Below, in pieces: positions 12,791 through 25,792 of a stretch of 64,000 nucleotides of DNA. A model generated the notes under the pieces. It searched no databases. It saw only the letters and a list, made by a program, of their open reading frames with translations, and was not told the origin of the DNA. Both the position numbers and the translations under genes were made by a program. Location: positions 62,868,001 through 62,932,000 of the forward strand of contig OX597824.1 in the NCBI GenBank assembly GCA_951406725.2, written 5' to 3'. The stretch's first letter is position 1. Every line of letters starts with the position of its first letter. This DNA comes from Octopus vulgaris. Taxonomy: Eukaryota.

Positions 12791-12811
12791 GAATAATAAT
12801 AATAATAATAA

Positions 12812-12842
<31 letters not shown>

Positions 12843-12880
12843 AAGAAGAAGAAGAAGAAGAAGAAGAAGAAGAAGAAGAA
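12698..12880. repeat. compound trinucleotide array (CTA/CCA)n(TAA)n(GAA)n
   Basis: directly visible. Confidence 0.97.
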
Positions 12881-13087
12881 TTACAGAGATAACAAAAAAA
12901 AAAGAATAGAAGCATCGCAAAATGTCATCACATATATGTGAATGTATACCGGAGGCTACATTCACACATCCATTGATAGATTTATATGTACATACACAGA
13001 TACATATGCTTACAAATACATTAGTACATATATATATACGTGCATATACACATAAATATTTATACGTATGCGTATATATATATAGTG

Positions 13088-13126
<39 letters not shown>

Positions 13127-13799
13127 ATGTGCATGTGCGTGTGTGTGTGTATACATATATACATGATATGTTTATATATACGGAGATAGATAGATATAGT
13201 TTGATGGATTATACACATACGAATATATGTACCAAATGTGCAGTTATAAAAATGTAAAAAAGAAACTCTTTTGAGTATCCTTCATATGAAAAATGGATGA
13301 ACTACCAATTATACTGATTGTCTACATATCTATACTCGTATGTGTTTCTCTGTGTGTGGGTGCGCGTGTGTGTGTTTGTGTATACATATATGATATATAT
13401 ATATATACATATATATATGGTATCAAAATTTATATACCGTAGAGAAGAAATTATAAAAAAGAAAACGATACAAAATATATCAACTGAATGTTTTAAATGT
13501 AATTATGATCTTGGCAGGAAAGAAACACGATAGCAACAATAACATACAACTTCAAACCAGATACATTTTACAGCAACGCAAAGAACAGCTACAACAACAA
13601 CAACAGTAATTCCAACAACTGCATCAAGAACCACAAGGGTGAATACAAAAAGAAAAGTACATTGACATAACTAAAGTAAAAAGTGAAAAGGAAAAAAATC
13701 ACAGACGGAAAAGACGTGAATAATAGTAAGGAGCGAAATATAAACGAATTGAAGTAAATATCTAAACGTCAAATCACACTGCTTCTAACATATATTATT

Positions 13800-13965
<166 letters not shown>

Positions 13966-14091
13966 TACATATAATTTATCTGTGTTTCATACGACTGTGT
14001 ATATTTATGTGGCCATATGTGTGCATTTATATAATTTCTCTGTATTTCATATGATTGTATATATTTACTTCTGGAGCCATATATGTGCGTG

Positions 14092-14133
<42 letters not shown>

Positions 14134-14344
14134 CATACATATACATATATATAAATTAGTAGATTTATCGGTTAGAATAACCGTCTTAGGGATAAGAATA
14201 TCCGTTTTACTACCGGTATATGTTACCTCTGTATGTTAACATAGGATACAGGCAATGATAAAGACAAACAGGAGTTTATCAGGAATCAAATTTAAATTAA
14301 GCAGCAAATGAAGAAACCTCGATTATTATTTTTTATACAATACT

Positions 14345-14520
14345 TTATCCCATCTAATAGCCGTTTCTTCTTCCAATGTCCCACGGTGTTGCCATTGATA
14401 ATTCTGAGAATGATATTCGCCATATTTTGTAACACGTTCGATTTGGAACATGGAGCTTCATCAGAGTGGAGAAAAATACATAAAATAAAAGTGGAAGAGC
14501 GTCGAGAAGAGGAATGACGG
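14345..14520 (-). mobile_element. third copy of the hammerhead-bearing unit seen at 4733 and 5814
   Basis: shares CATGGAGCTTCATCAGAGTG and TTCCAATG with 5700-5830; minus strand CTGATGA (14464-14458)...GAAACGGCTATT, stem III damaged. Confidence 0.7.
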
Positions 14521-14572
14521 CTTAATATATTTAAACCAAAATATTTTGCAGTGTAACGCTTCAAGATGTTGA

Positions 14573-14927
14573 GGCGCAGCCATAGCTGTATGGTAAGACG
14601 CTTGCTTCCCAACCACATGGCTACGGATTCAGTTCCACTGAGTGACAACTTGGGTATGTGTTTTATACTGTAGCTTCGGAGTGACCAAGGCCAAGTTGGG
14701 TGGATTTAGGAGATGCAAACTGAAATAAATCTGTCTTATATATATTTATATGCCTGTATTTGTGTGTCTGTTTTTGGTGTGTTTACGTCCACAAAACTTA
14801 ACGGTTCGGCAACAGGTTCGATAGAATACGTACTAGGCTTACAAATAATAAGTCCTGTGGTCAGTTCATTTGACTAAAGGTGGTGCTCCAGCATGGCCGC
14901 CGTCAAATGCCTGAAACCGGTAAAACA
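14573..14927 (+). mobile_element. SINE family B, near full length
   Basis: GGCGCAGC...TGGTAAGACGCTTGCTTCCCAACCACATGG...; 3' GGTGCTCCAGCATGGCCGCCGTCAAATG; short internal TA/TG tract. Confidence 0.85.
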
Positions 14928-14928
14928 G

Positions 14929-14980
<52 letters not shown>

Positions 14981-15187
14981 CACACATATACACGTGTACT
15001 AGTATATACATATATATATAAGTATATATACATATATATGTGTGTATGTATAATTATTATTTGAGGGAATAAAATCCAAACTTGCAAGGAAAAATTCAAT
15101 TTAGAAATCCCTTCCATATAAATATAGTCGCTCATCAGGTTAAAATTGACTAGAACAATAAAATAATTAATTAATAAATATACTTTA

Positions 15188-15242
<55 letters not shown>

Positions 15243-15331
15243 ATCCTAAATATACATAAGTGAATAATGAAAGAAAGTATATATGTGTATATATATGTAT
15301 CTATATATGTATATATATGTATCTATATATG

Positions 15332-15392
<61 letters not shown>

Positions 15393-15666
15393 ATATATAT
15401 ATACGTATCTTATGAATATATTCTTAGCACTCTCGAAAATTCGGCTCGGCTTTGCACTTATTGCTGACTGTAAATGCGCCTATATATATGTATGTATATA
15501 TATATATATATAGTTTGTAAAAGTTTTTAATTTTCATCTCACTAAATTTATCCAGCTATTGTGTATCTAGTGCACTCTTCGCCTTGAATGTAATGATATA
15601 TGTATAATATATGGCGTGTACTGGTACACCGGCGATTATAATTAATTTTATTGTATCGCATTTATC

Positions 15667-15726
<60 letters not shown>

Positions 15727-15834
15727 AACATATATATAGATATATACTTGTATTTAATTACTGTATATTCTTAAATATATTTTTACAATCCAACGAATAA
15801 CTTTTTGTGTTTAAAATTTCCAAATCCGTACATG

Positions 15835-15922
15835 TCCTTTAATGAAGGAAATCTGGATTACCAAAGTTCAAAAGGTCTTACCTATACACTTCTACACACT
15901 TTCCCAGAAACGGCCGTAAGAT
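15835..15922 (+). ncRNA. degenerate hammerhead motif of a related family
   Basis: CCT-TTAATGA-AGGAAA...TTTCCC-A-GAAACGGCCGTA-AGA; core decayed, stem II base GGAAA/TTTCC and palindromic ACGGCCGT retained. Confidence 0.5.
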
Positions 15923-15927
15923 TCTCG

Positions 15928-15999
<72 letters not shown>

Positions 16000-16145
16000 C
16001 TATCTCTCTCTCACTCACTCTCTCGATTCATTTCACGACTTACCTTTTGGATTATTGTTATCTCATCAGCTTGGACTTCTTAATTTTTCTCTATGTATAT
16101 ATGCAATTGCTTATCCGTCCTTGATTTGGGCACGGAATTGCACAT

Positions 16146-16179
<34 letters not shown>

Positions 16180-16324
16180 GTTATTGTATGTTACGTATTC
16201 GCATGTCTATAATGGCTTATATAAGCCCTCAGTGTTTAGATATATGTTGGCTTTGATGAAGAGTAATATTGACCTTGGAATGTATTTCTTTCAAATTAAT
16301 AATTTAATCATATATATATTAAGT

Positions 16325-16794
16325 GATGTTTCGTTGCCAACTTATTGTGGCAAGAAACACCGTTTCTAGTGGGATACGCGACACAAGTGTTCGTAAGTTT
16401 TCACACAGGGGAGTTAAGTACCTCCACCCAACAATGCCAGCATCCAGAGACTAGTTCCAGTGTAATTGCTTTCATCAATCTGGAGTAGTTTGGCATTGCT
16501 AGCTGTTGGCGTTAAATCACTGTTGAAAACTTATAGAATTTCAAGTGAAATAAATTCACTGATCTGCAAAATCGGAAATGTTGCAATTCTAAATCTCTCA
16601 AAGGGTGTTATGCATTAGCAACACGATAAAGTGATGATTTGTTGCCATCTTAATGTGGCAGTCCAGGAAAGGGAATAATTCATCTGCTATTTAACCCCTA
16701 ATAAACACCGTTTCTAGTTGGCTATGCGACACAAGAGTTTTCAAATAGGGGGGGGGGTAAAAGCACCTCTACCCAATAAAGCCAGCATCCAGAG
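16325..16794. repeat. pair of diverged direct repeats
   Basis: GTTGCCA.CTTA.TGTGGCA, AAACACCGTTTCTAGT.GG.TA.GCGACACAAG and GCCAGCATCCAGAG occur in both 16325-16449 and 16633-16794. Confidence 0.8.
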
Positions 16795-17499
16795 GAATAT
16801 TTTGTCATATAAGGACATGAACCAAAATGTTCGGTACTTGAATTTAGACATGTAGTGGGGTATAGAGAATTTTTCAGATGAGCCATCTTTCCATATTACA
16901 AAGACCGCACTTTCCACTGCCGTTGATATCTTCTCCATTATGCAAACCTTCTCCATTATGTAATCCACCAAATAATGGAGACGTCTTCTCCATTATGCAA
17001 TCCACCAAATATTCGAACGAAAGATATATTTTGACTTTTTGTTGCGAAACACAAATTATGCAACACTTTCACAAGGTACAAATGACAGCGCCCTCTCCCC
17101 CTCCGTTTCATTCCCTAACTATTCCTCTGCCCCACCACTTGCAACTCTTCTATTTATCTATAACTGACAACTTTTTGACTGCCTTTATAAATTTTACATT
17201 ATTCTATTTTATTTATTTGTTTCATATTTCTCATTTGTTTTTTTTATTCCTTTATTTGTTTATATTTATATGTTTATGTTTATATTTATCCTAACATGTT
17301 TATCGACCCACACTCTCTTTCTGTACCTGAGAATACACAAACGCTTAAGCAAGCATACACATACATAAATACGCACCGATATGCGCTGTTACAATTTTAA
17401 AATGAAGACACAAACCAACACCTAACCTAGAACAACTATGTTTCCCTACCGACCAGAAACATTATCTCCCTCTCCTTCCCTTAACATATTCTTAATTGA

Positions 17500-18715
17500 C
17501 AACACTCCTACATCTTTCTCTGATTTTGCTTAAATGCATTTACAGATATTTACAGTAGACACGTAAATGATCCCAGCTTAAATTCACAAACACATTCCCA
17601 TGGCTAGCTTCAATAATACCAACTCTCCATATCTTGAAGAGTCCGATTGAACGAGCGGAAGAGCACAATAAAATTATCCAAAGCTCTGACTGCCTCCTAC
17701 TACTTAATTTGCAGTGTCTGTTTACCACTTCAAATACGCTATTCATCTCTGATACTTTCGTAAACTTCCACTTTACCTCTCTCCATTGATCCCCTCATCC
17801 ACTCTCTCACCATCTCCACTTTCTTTAAACCCACGGGCTCCCACCTCTACCTCAACTTTTCCTCCTCCCATCCCTCTCACACCAAATTGGTCATCCCCTA
17901 CTCCTAGTTCCTCCGCTTCCGACGCCTATGCAGCCGGGACCAGAATTTAACACTCAGACCCAATATCTGGCCCTCTTGTTCATGAGTCGTGGACACCCCT
18001 GTCCAAACCGCCCTTACTCGCGCCCGTGAATTCGATCGCACTACCACTCTCACCCCTTCCCTACACCGATCCCCAACTACATTCCTTTCCGACTCCTTTC
18101 TAAACTCCACCCTACCCCTCTACCTACCCTTCTACCTACCCCTCTACTCTATCCCTCCACCCTACTCCTTCTTCGGACCTTCCGTCTCCCCAGCTAGATT
18201 CCATGAACCTCTCTATTTCCCCAACCCACAATTGCCCTCCTTCAAACGAGCCCGTAACCTACGCGACCTACTAGTCCTCTACTCCTTTCTCCCATACATT
18301 CCAACACACCCTGAATCCTTCTTTTGCTCCAGACGCCGTTGCCACATTTGCCTTTTAATCACCAACTCCCTCACTGGATCCAAACAACACATCTACATTA
18401 GGAACTATTCCTACATTTCTTCAAGCCTCATTTATTGCATCAGGTTCAATCTTTGCAATAAAACTTAGGTTGGTCAGAAGGGCCGCCGGCTAGCCGACCT
18501 GTTTACCGAACGCCTACAAGATGTTTGTCTACGTAAGAACAATTCCGTCGTCTGTTATTTTCACATGGTCGAATAATCTATCTCAGATCTCACCGTCTTC
18601 GGCTAGCAGTACACCATGAATCAACCAACACGTTGTAATCAAATAGAACAGCGTTACATTTTCGCTCTACGTACTCAAACTCCTTTTGGACTCAACACAA
18701 TTCCCGCGTCTCAGT
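17500..18715 (+). mobile_element. Penelope-like retroelement: RT C-terminus plus GIY-YIG endonuclease (pseudogenised)
   Basis: KPTGSHLYLNFSSSHPSHTKLVIPYS*FLRFRRLCS; FKRARNLRDLLV; CSRRRCHIC; SSLIYCI...VGQKGRRLADLF; EQRYIFALRTQTPFGLN. Confidence 0.88.
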
Positions 18716-18804
18716 GACTTTACCTACACACCCATTTCTATAAAGAATATTTTATTCAATCTTTTTTATTCGTTTATTTTTTATAATTAAAAAAACAATA
18801 TATA

Positions 18805-19392
18805 CACAGCGAGTGTGACAGTGACATAGATAGACACACACACGCACCCATACACATGTGCACACGCACGCACAGACTCAACGCACATACGCATGCGCAC
18901 ATATACTCGCACGTACATGTACATATATATATATAGGCACGTATATACACATCCCCGACACTCAGAGATCCTTCACACATACACATCCCCACACGAACAC
19001 ACGCAGACACACACACACACGCATATATACACAGCAAGAAATACAGAGAGAGACACACACGCACCCATACACATGTGCACACACATACATATACACATTC
19101 CACTGTGTCTACGCCCACATGGCAACACATACGCACACAGACAACCACTTCTCCCCATTCCCACAACCACACCCACCCATTCTCGCACTCTCTTCAGACT
19201 GCCTCTGCTTCTAACTCACTACTGACCTACCATCTACGCACACATGCAAACACACATACATCTGTCACTATAGTTTGCTGACCTCACAGGGCGACTTTAA
19301 CACACACTCACACACACCTACAGACTACGCACACAAACACACGCACAGTTAATACACACACAGACTAAGCACACAAACACAAACACACTTAC
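18805..19392. repeat. degenerate (CA)-rich low-complexity tract
   Basis: directly visible; source of several spurious H/T-rich ORFs. Confidence 0.9.
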
Positions 19393-19394
19393 AT

Positions 19395-21090
19395 CAGCAT
19401 GTACCATCATTTGGTACAAACGTAGATGAAAGCGTCAACCTGAAGTAACTTACCCTTAACAAAAATTTGAGTGGGGTTTCAAACAGTACCATGTGCAGGT
19501 TGATACATCACAACTGTATTTTTCAAGTTGTTGGTGAAGCCAGAATCATCACAAGCTGAATCGAATGCAGATACAAGAGATTTCAAGCCTGTTTCAGGCT
19601 AGATCGCAATCTTTAGCGTATAAGAGTTCCCTAATGAGTGTAGTAAAAACCCGCGTTTTGAATTTCAATCTGGTCATTCACTTTGTTCCGTATTTTATGA
19701 AAAATACCCACCTCGGAGTTTTGAAAAGCTTGTGACTGCACAGCAGCAAATTATATCTCAAAGGAGGTCGGTGCATCAAGGTCTCCTTGGTTTACCTATT
19801 TTCCACTCCAAAAGATTCAGAAAGCCTATCACCAAAATTAACTTTTGCTTTCATATCTCGATGCAAAACTCTGTTCATATTTACAATTTTTTATGGGCAT
19901 GCTATTTGCCTTGGAATTAGCCACAAGCATTTCGATTGGTAGTATTAAACGCTATATTTGGAACTATGAAGGAATTTAAACGTTCTAACATGATAGAGGC
20001 ATGTACCTTTCCAATTACAAACAAAAGCCAAGTCCCACGAAAATTGTCACACAGATCCTTTGGCGTCGATTTATACAAGGAGGCTAAAATAACATCAAAC
20101 AGTCTTGAGGCACCTACTATGTTCTCGAACAGTGACAATTTAATATATTTAAGAGTAATATTTTGTCACCCTCATATTTCAAGAGCTCTGCACAGATTGC
20201 ATCCGGACATGGAGGCTTATTGTTAATCAGCTTATTTACAGCTAAATATATGTCATTTAGAGTTGTATCAAATGCCATATTCTCTATAGCTGAAAGGTAT
20301 TCGATTTTTTTCTATCTTCATGTCAACGGCTGGTGGTCTATTCAAAAGTGCAGAGAAATGTTCTAACCGAAGTTTTTGAATAGAAGCAGTGTCAGTCAAA
20401 AGTAAATGTCCATTTGCTGTTCTCACTGGTGCTATTGAAGAAGATTAATATACCACCTTCAAAGTACACACCCTTTATATCACTTCTATGAGCTGCTTCT
20501 TTTACCCCCTTTTACCCTGTCATCCTACCATTCCCGTTTAATTTTCCTTAGATCAGTGTGCACTTTCCCTTTCAGCTTTCTGTGATCTACGTTTAAGTTG
20601 ATATTCTAGGACTGCGAAAAAATGTGTATTGCATAAATTTTGTTTTTTCTAAAAGCAGATAATGAATTTCTAGTGATTTGTATGAAACCAGTCACTGGAC
20701 TTAGGCGATTTAAATCCCAATGGAGTACTTGCAGCATGGAATACTTTTGATTTAAAATCTTCCCATAGATTGTTTGCGATCAAAGTAAAGAACCCTTGAT
20801 GTGCCCATCAAAACTTGACGTCTAAGGTGCCCACCAATTGGCTATAATGTTTCGTTGAAAAAAGTGCAATAAGTGTTAACCCAAGTTTGCACATCCACCA
20901 ATCAAGAGACATATAAACCACATAGGATTGGTCGAAATAGGAATAAAACTTAGTTGCCGCGCTCACCAAACCGTGACATCTAAACAACATACTGATTGGT
21001 AAAAATACAGCTCGTGAGAATCAACCTGCTGGAGCCTTTCGGAGGGACAGATTTAATCACTTTACTAAAGTTGTCAATGTTGGAAGACGA
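19395..21090 (-). mobile_element. RTE-clade (BovB-like) LINE remnant
   Basis: minus strand WEDFKSKVFHAASTPLG...DWF, CDNFRGTWLLFVIGKVHASIMLERLN, ELLYAKDCDL (decayed YADD), VMYQPAHG. Confidence 0.85.
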
Positions 21091-21294
21091 CTGTCACTAC
21101 TACTACTACTACTATTACTACTACTACTACATAAACCTGATGATTGCAAAACGCATGAAAGTACCAGTTTTATGACAATAAATGTATATTTTATTATTAT
21201 AATATTGTAATATTGCAAAATTGTAAATAATAAAACGCAAAAATCAGACTAGTTTAGAATTTCATTGATTGATTTATATATATATTGATTTAAT

Positions 21295-21560
21295 CTTTTA
21301 CTCGTGTCAGTCATGCGGCTGTAGTTATGCTGGGGCGGTGGATATAAATATCGCCTTTAAGAAATTTCAGGTCAAATGAAACGACCCCAGTATTTGATAA
21401 TTTTTTGAATACTGGTATTTATTTTACGTGTCTCTTTTGCCGAAACGCTAGAATACGTGGACCGCTAAGTTACGGAAATACAACCAGCACCAAGCCATGG
21501 AGAAGAAGAGACACAGACACAAACACATACACAGACGCATATATACGTGTGAGTGTGAGT
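21295..21560 (-). mobile_element. 3' half of SINE family B
   Basis: CTCTTTTGCCGAA...CGCTAAGTTACGG...ACAGACACAAAC match the other copies. Confidence 0.65.
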
Positions 21561-21578
21561 GTGTATATACAAACATAG

Positions 21579-21657
<79 letters not shown>

Positions 21658-21660
<3 letters not shown>

Positions 21661-21784
21661 GGTGTCCACAAAGTCTGGGTGCATGGGGATTAACACATAC
21701 TTTAAGAAATTATTATTTCTTATATTTAATTATTTATGTTATGATTTTATTTACTCCATGTACCTAGACTTTGTGGATACCCTG
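21658..21784. mobile_element. 127-bp Tc1/mariner-type MITE
   Basis: 29-bp TIRs CAGGGTGTCCACAAAGTCTGGGTGCATGG / CCATGTACCTAGACTTTGTGGATACCCTG (3 mismatches), flanked by TA within (TA)n. Confidence 0.9.
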
Positions 21785-21786
21785 TA

Positions 21787-21872
<86 letters not shown>

Positions 21873-21877
21873 CACAC

Positions 21878-21927
<50 letters not shown>

Positions 21928-24224
21928 GTATATATTTGAACACATACCGTTATATATATATATATATACCCACACATATACATTTCTCACATATTACAGC
22001 TGACTAATCCCAACATCATGTTTGAAGCATTAGGCTGTTACTTATCTAACTTAAGTTTGCATCTGCGTGTACGTGAATGTATTCTTTTGTGGGACGTAGA
22101 AAGTTTAACATAGAAATATTTGTAAACTACCTGTTCCGCTCCGCTATTTAAAAGTCTTTTGTAATTCTGCTTAATTAATGACGATTCAAGACTAACAAGT
22201 TTCTGTGGCAGCTCTGAATAATCTCGAATTGCCGTTGTCTGTGAATTTTATTTGAACTCGAATCGCTGAGAGGTAGATTTAGTAGTGCTACATATTTTGC
22301 CCAATATTCTTCTTTCTCTGCCAGTAAGGCGATATGCACATATAATACACACACACATACACATACACACACACACATACACACACACACATACAAAGAT
22401 ACATAAATTATGTATATATACATATATGCATGTATGTATATATAGAGATATGCTGTACATGTGCACCTGTTTGTGTGCTTGTGAACAGGTATTGAACATA
22501 TATTGTTACAGAGAAACAATTTTACGCTCATGTTGGCAATAACTGCAGTAATTCGGCTTGCATTAATGTTCCACATGAAAAACACAACTTAATAAATTCA
22601 GTTATTCAATTAAGGTCTACAACTAAGCTGAAGTTTTCATAGCATTTATTTCTGTAACGATTGATATCAAAATGCAACAAAAGAAAAGTCGAGTGGGATT
22701 TTCTTTTCTTTTCTTTTTCACTTTTATAATAAATTTTAGGCAAGGCTATATTATGCTAAATATGAAAGGGTGTTTAAAAGGTATATAATCAATTATAAGC
22801 AAAATATTTATTTTAATATTTAACTTCAAAGTAAATTTGCGTTTGCAGAGTGATTAAAATGTTACAGTTTTTGTAGCGTTTATAAAATCTTTATACATGT
22901 AAATGAAGAAAATATCAAAACTTTATAACAGAAACTCCATTCACATATTTTTGAAACTTGCGTTCGCAATACTTTATATTTCAGTTTTCCTATAGTGTAA
23001 ACAATATGGCAATTAGGAAGCTTGTTTAGCTCTAGGCAGCTATATGTGACATAAAATAGGAAATTAATTTTATTTACATTTCATTTATATTTATACTTTC
23101 AACAATGAAATAATGCATTTACTTTTTACCATTTTCATTTTCTGATAAGGTATATCAATTATATTCCGCTATTCGAAACAAAGAAATGAATTGTCGCCTT
23201 AGAATCACATCTAGTTGATATTTTTCAATACGATTTCTAGTTTTCTAACCTGAACAGATTTAAGAGCTATATACCACTTTACATGCATGAAAATGCGTAA
23301 AAATGCAAGCATCTATATATGTTTGTCTCTATGAACGCGAACCTCCATTTTAGAGTCAATTTTATACAGGTAACGTGGGAAAAATACAAAAATGAGCTAT
23401 ATTTGAACTTGATTGTGTAATTTACCCCCAAAATTTCAATTTCATAATGGAAATATAAACATTTAAAAGTTCCTTAAAATTGTTAAACCAGAGAATAAAA
23501 CTATAATAAAATTATTGGACTCAATGTTCTCTAAACTTGAAAAGAAATGTTGCAATCGAACATTATGGTTAAGAAAAATTCCAAAAGTGGGTGTTTTTAC
23601 TGAGTTTGCAGTTGGACCTTTAAAATGCGTTCCTTCATACTGGGTGTCTTCAATAGATCACTGACTATTGCAAATACTTATATCTCTTGAGATATATATG
23701 CATTCGTCCTGGACATCACTAATAAGTCACTCACTATCGAAAATCGATTTTATCTTTTAATAGGTTATTGTTTAACGTAAAATAGTCGCACATAAGTGAT
23801 GGGATTTTTCACTTGAAATACTTTGATTTATCGTAATGACGGTAGTAGCTTACAATTTACTTGGCATTTCAACATAACTTGTCCACGAAGGAGAAGGATT
23901 AGCTATGAAATACCTAACAGATCCAATGATCTTTCAATTGTTGTTCGAGAAATAATTTTTGTTAACTAACATCTTATGGTAATAGATTAAGAATTATTAT
24001 ATTTAATTAATTATTTATATTAAGATAACACAACTTTTGGATCTCTTCTGTTCTTTTGCTTCAGTCTCTTTTTCGGATTGTGAGGTTCAGCACTGAATAC
24101 ACTCTTTTTCTAGTTAGTGTGGTAGAACTTTAATTTTGTCTTAAATATTTTTGTGTACTATTTTATTTTCATATTTATACTGTGATTGTTATTTTTATTG
24201 ATTGTATTAACATATTCATCGTGG

Positions 24225-24271
24225 TCATGATCATCATCACATCATCATCATCATCATCATCATCATCGTCG

Positions 24272-24302
<31 letters not shown>

Positions 24303-24303
24303 T

Positions 24304-24353
<50 letters not shown>

Positions 24354-24385
24354 TATTATTATTATTATTGTTATTGTTATTGTTA

Positions 24386-24443
<58 letters not shown>
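24225..24443. repeat. compound (TCA)n(TTA/TTG)n microsatellite
   Basis: directly visible. Confidence 0.97.
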
Positions 24444-24447
<4 letters not shown>

Positions 24448-25542
24448 TAGTTTGATTTTTATAGCGTGCTTACACTTCACTACCGAGCGCAGCTCTGTGT
24501 GCCTTGGGTATGTGCTGTGATTTGTTGTGATGCTCTGATGGTTATTGTATGGAAAGTGTTCTGCGTAGGATGTGTGCAGTGCCTAGTAGTGCAATTTTCT
24601 ATATGTTATATGTGTTTGTAAGTCCTGATGTTTTTGTTATGTATTTGTCTGAATATTTCTTTCGTGCCTAATGCGCCTACTATGATAGGAATTGTTTCTG
24701 TTTTTAGATTACCGCTATTTCCAGGTCTTTGTATTTTGAAAGTGTCTCCATTTCTTTTAGAGACACGTTGTCATCTACCGGTATTGATACATCAATTAGA
24801 AAGCATTTTTTTCCTTCATGATCTCTGACAACTATATCTGGTCTGTTGGCCTTAATTTCTCTATCTGTGTGTATCGGCATATCCCAGAGTATGGTTGCTT
24901 TCTCGTTTTCTGTGACCTTTTCTGGTCTGTGCCTATACCATCTTTTTTCTGTTGTTATTCCATAATGTTGGCATAGCTTCCAGTGTATGTAGGTCCCAAC
25001 TCTGTCGTGTCTGTGAATATATTCCTTCTTAGCCAGGACTGAGAAGCCAAAGATAATATGATTTATTGTTTCTTGTCCATCTCCACATATTCTGCAGTTA
25101 TTTGTTATATTTCTTTTCATTACATGTTTTTGGTAATTTCTGGTGGGGAGGTTTTGGTCTTGTGCTGAAATTAAAAATCCCTCTGTCTCTGCTTTGAGTC
25201 CTGAGCTTCTCAACCATTGCTGGGATTTTTCTTTGTCTATTTCTTTTGCGTTTAGTTTAGTCCAGTATTTACCATGAAGGGGCTTATCTTGCCATCGTTT
25301 TATCATGGTTCGTTGCTGTTCTATTTTTAGTTTGGATTTCATTTGTTTTATAGTTTTTGTTGTTTCTTCATCTTCTTCTTCTTCTTCTTCTTCTTCTTCT
25401 TCTTCTTCTTCTTCTTCTTCTTCTTCTTCTTCTTCTTCTTTATATTTATTAGGTGGTATGATTTCTTGTTTGTATTTGTCAGCTTCTTTAAATACTGAGA
25501 ACAGTTTTTTGTTTTGCTCGTGTTTTGCCGCTATTTGTATCA

Positions 25543-25543
<1 letters not shown>
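24444..25543 (-). mobile_element. 5'-truncated R4/Dong-type LINE (zinc knuckle plus restriction-like endonuclease)
   Basis: open frame 25543-24704: KPLHGKY, AQDQ, CRICGDGQETINHI, RHD, ANRPDIVV...IDVSIP...KYKDL; then IPIIVGALG and GTAHILRRTL after frameshifts, 3' UTR and (TAA)n. Confidence 0.93.
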
Positions 25544-25604
<61 letters not shown>

Positions 25605-25610
25605 CATCAA

Positions 25611-25792
25611 GGCGGTTAACTGACTTAATCGATAGCGCACAGGAAGAAATGCTCGTCGTTACTTTCTCGTCGTTACTTTCTGAATTCAAATTCTGCCGAA
25701 GTCTACTTTACTCTTCATCCTTCGGGGTCGATAAAATCAATACCAGTAGGACACTGGGGTCGAAGTAATCCACTCATCCATCCCCCAAAATA
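25611..25792 (+). mobile_element. Meta-type SINE (family C), decayed
   Basis: GAATTCAAATTC B-box-like motif, then CTTCATCCTTCGGGGTCGATAAAATCAATACCAGT. Confidence 0.7.

Noticed and set aside
13530-13670. Q/T/N-rich exon
   Set aside because: Degenerate (CAA)n with stops and no clear splice context.
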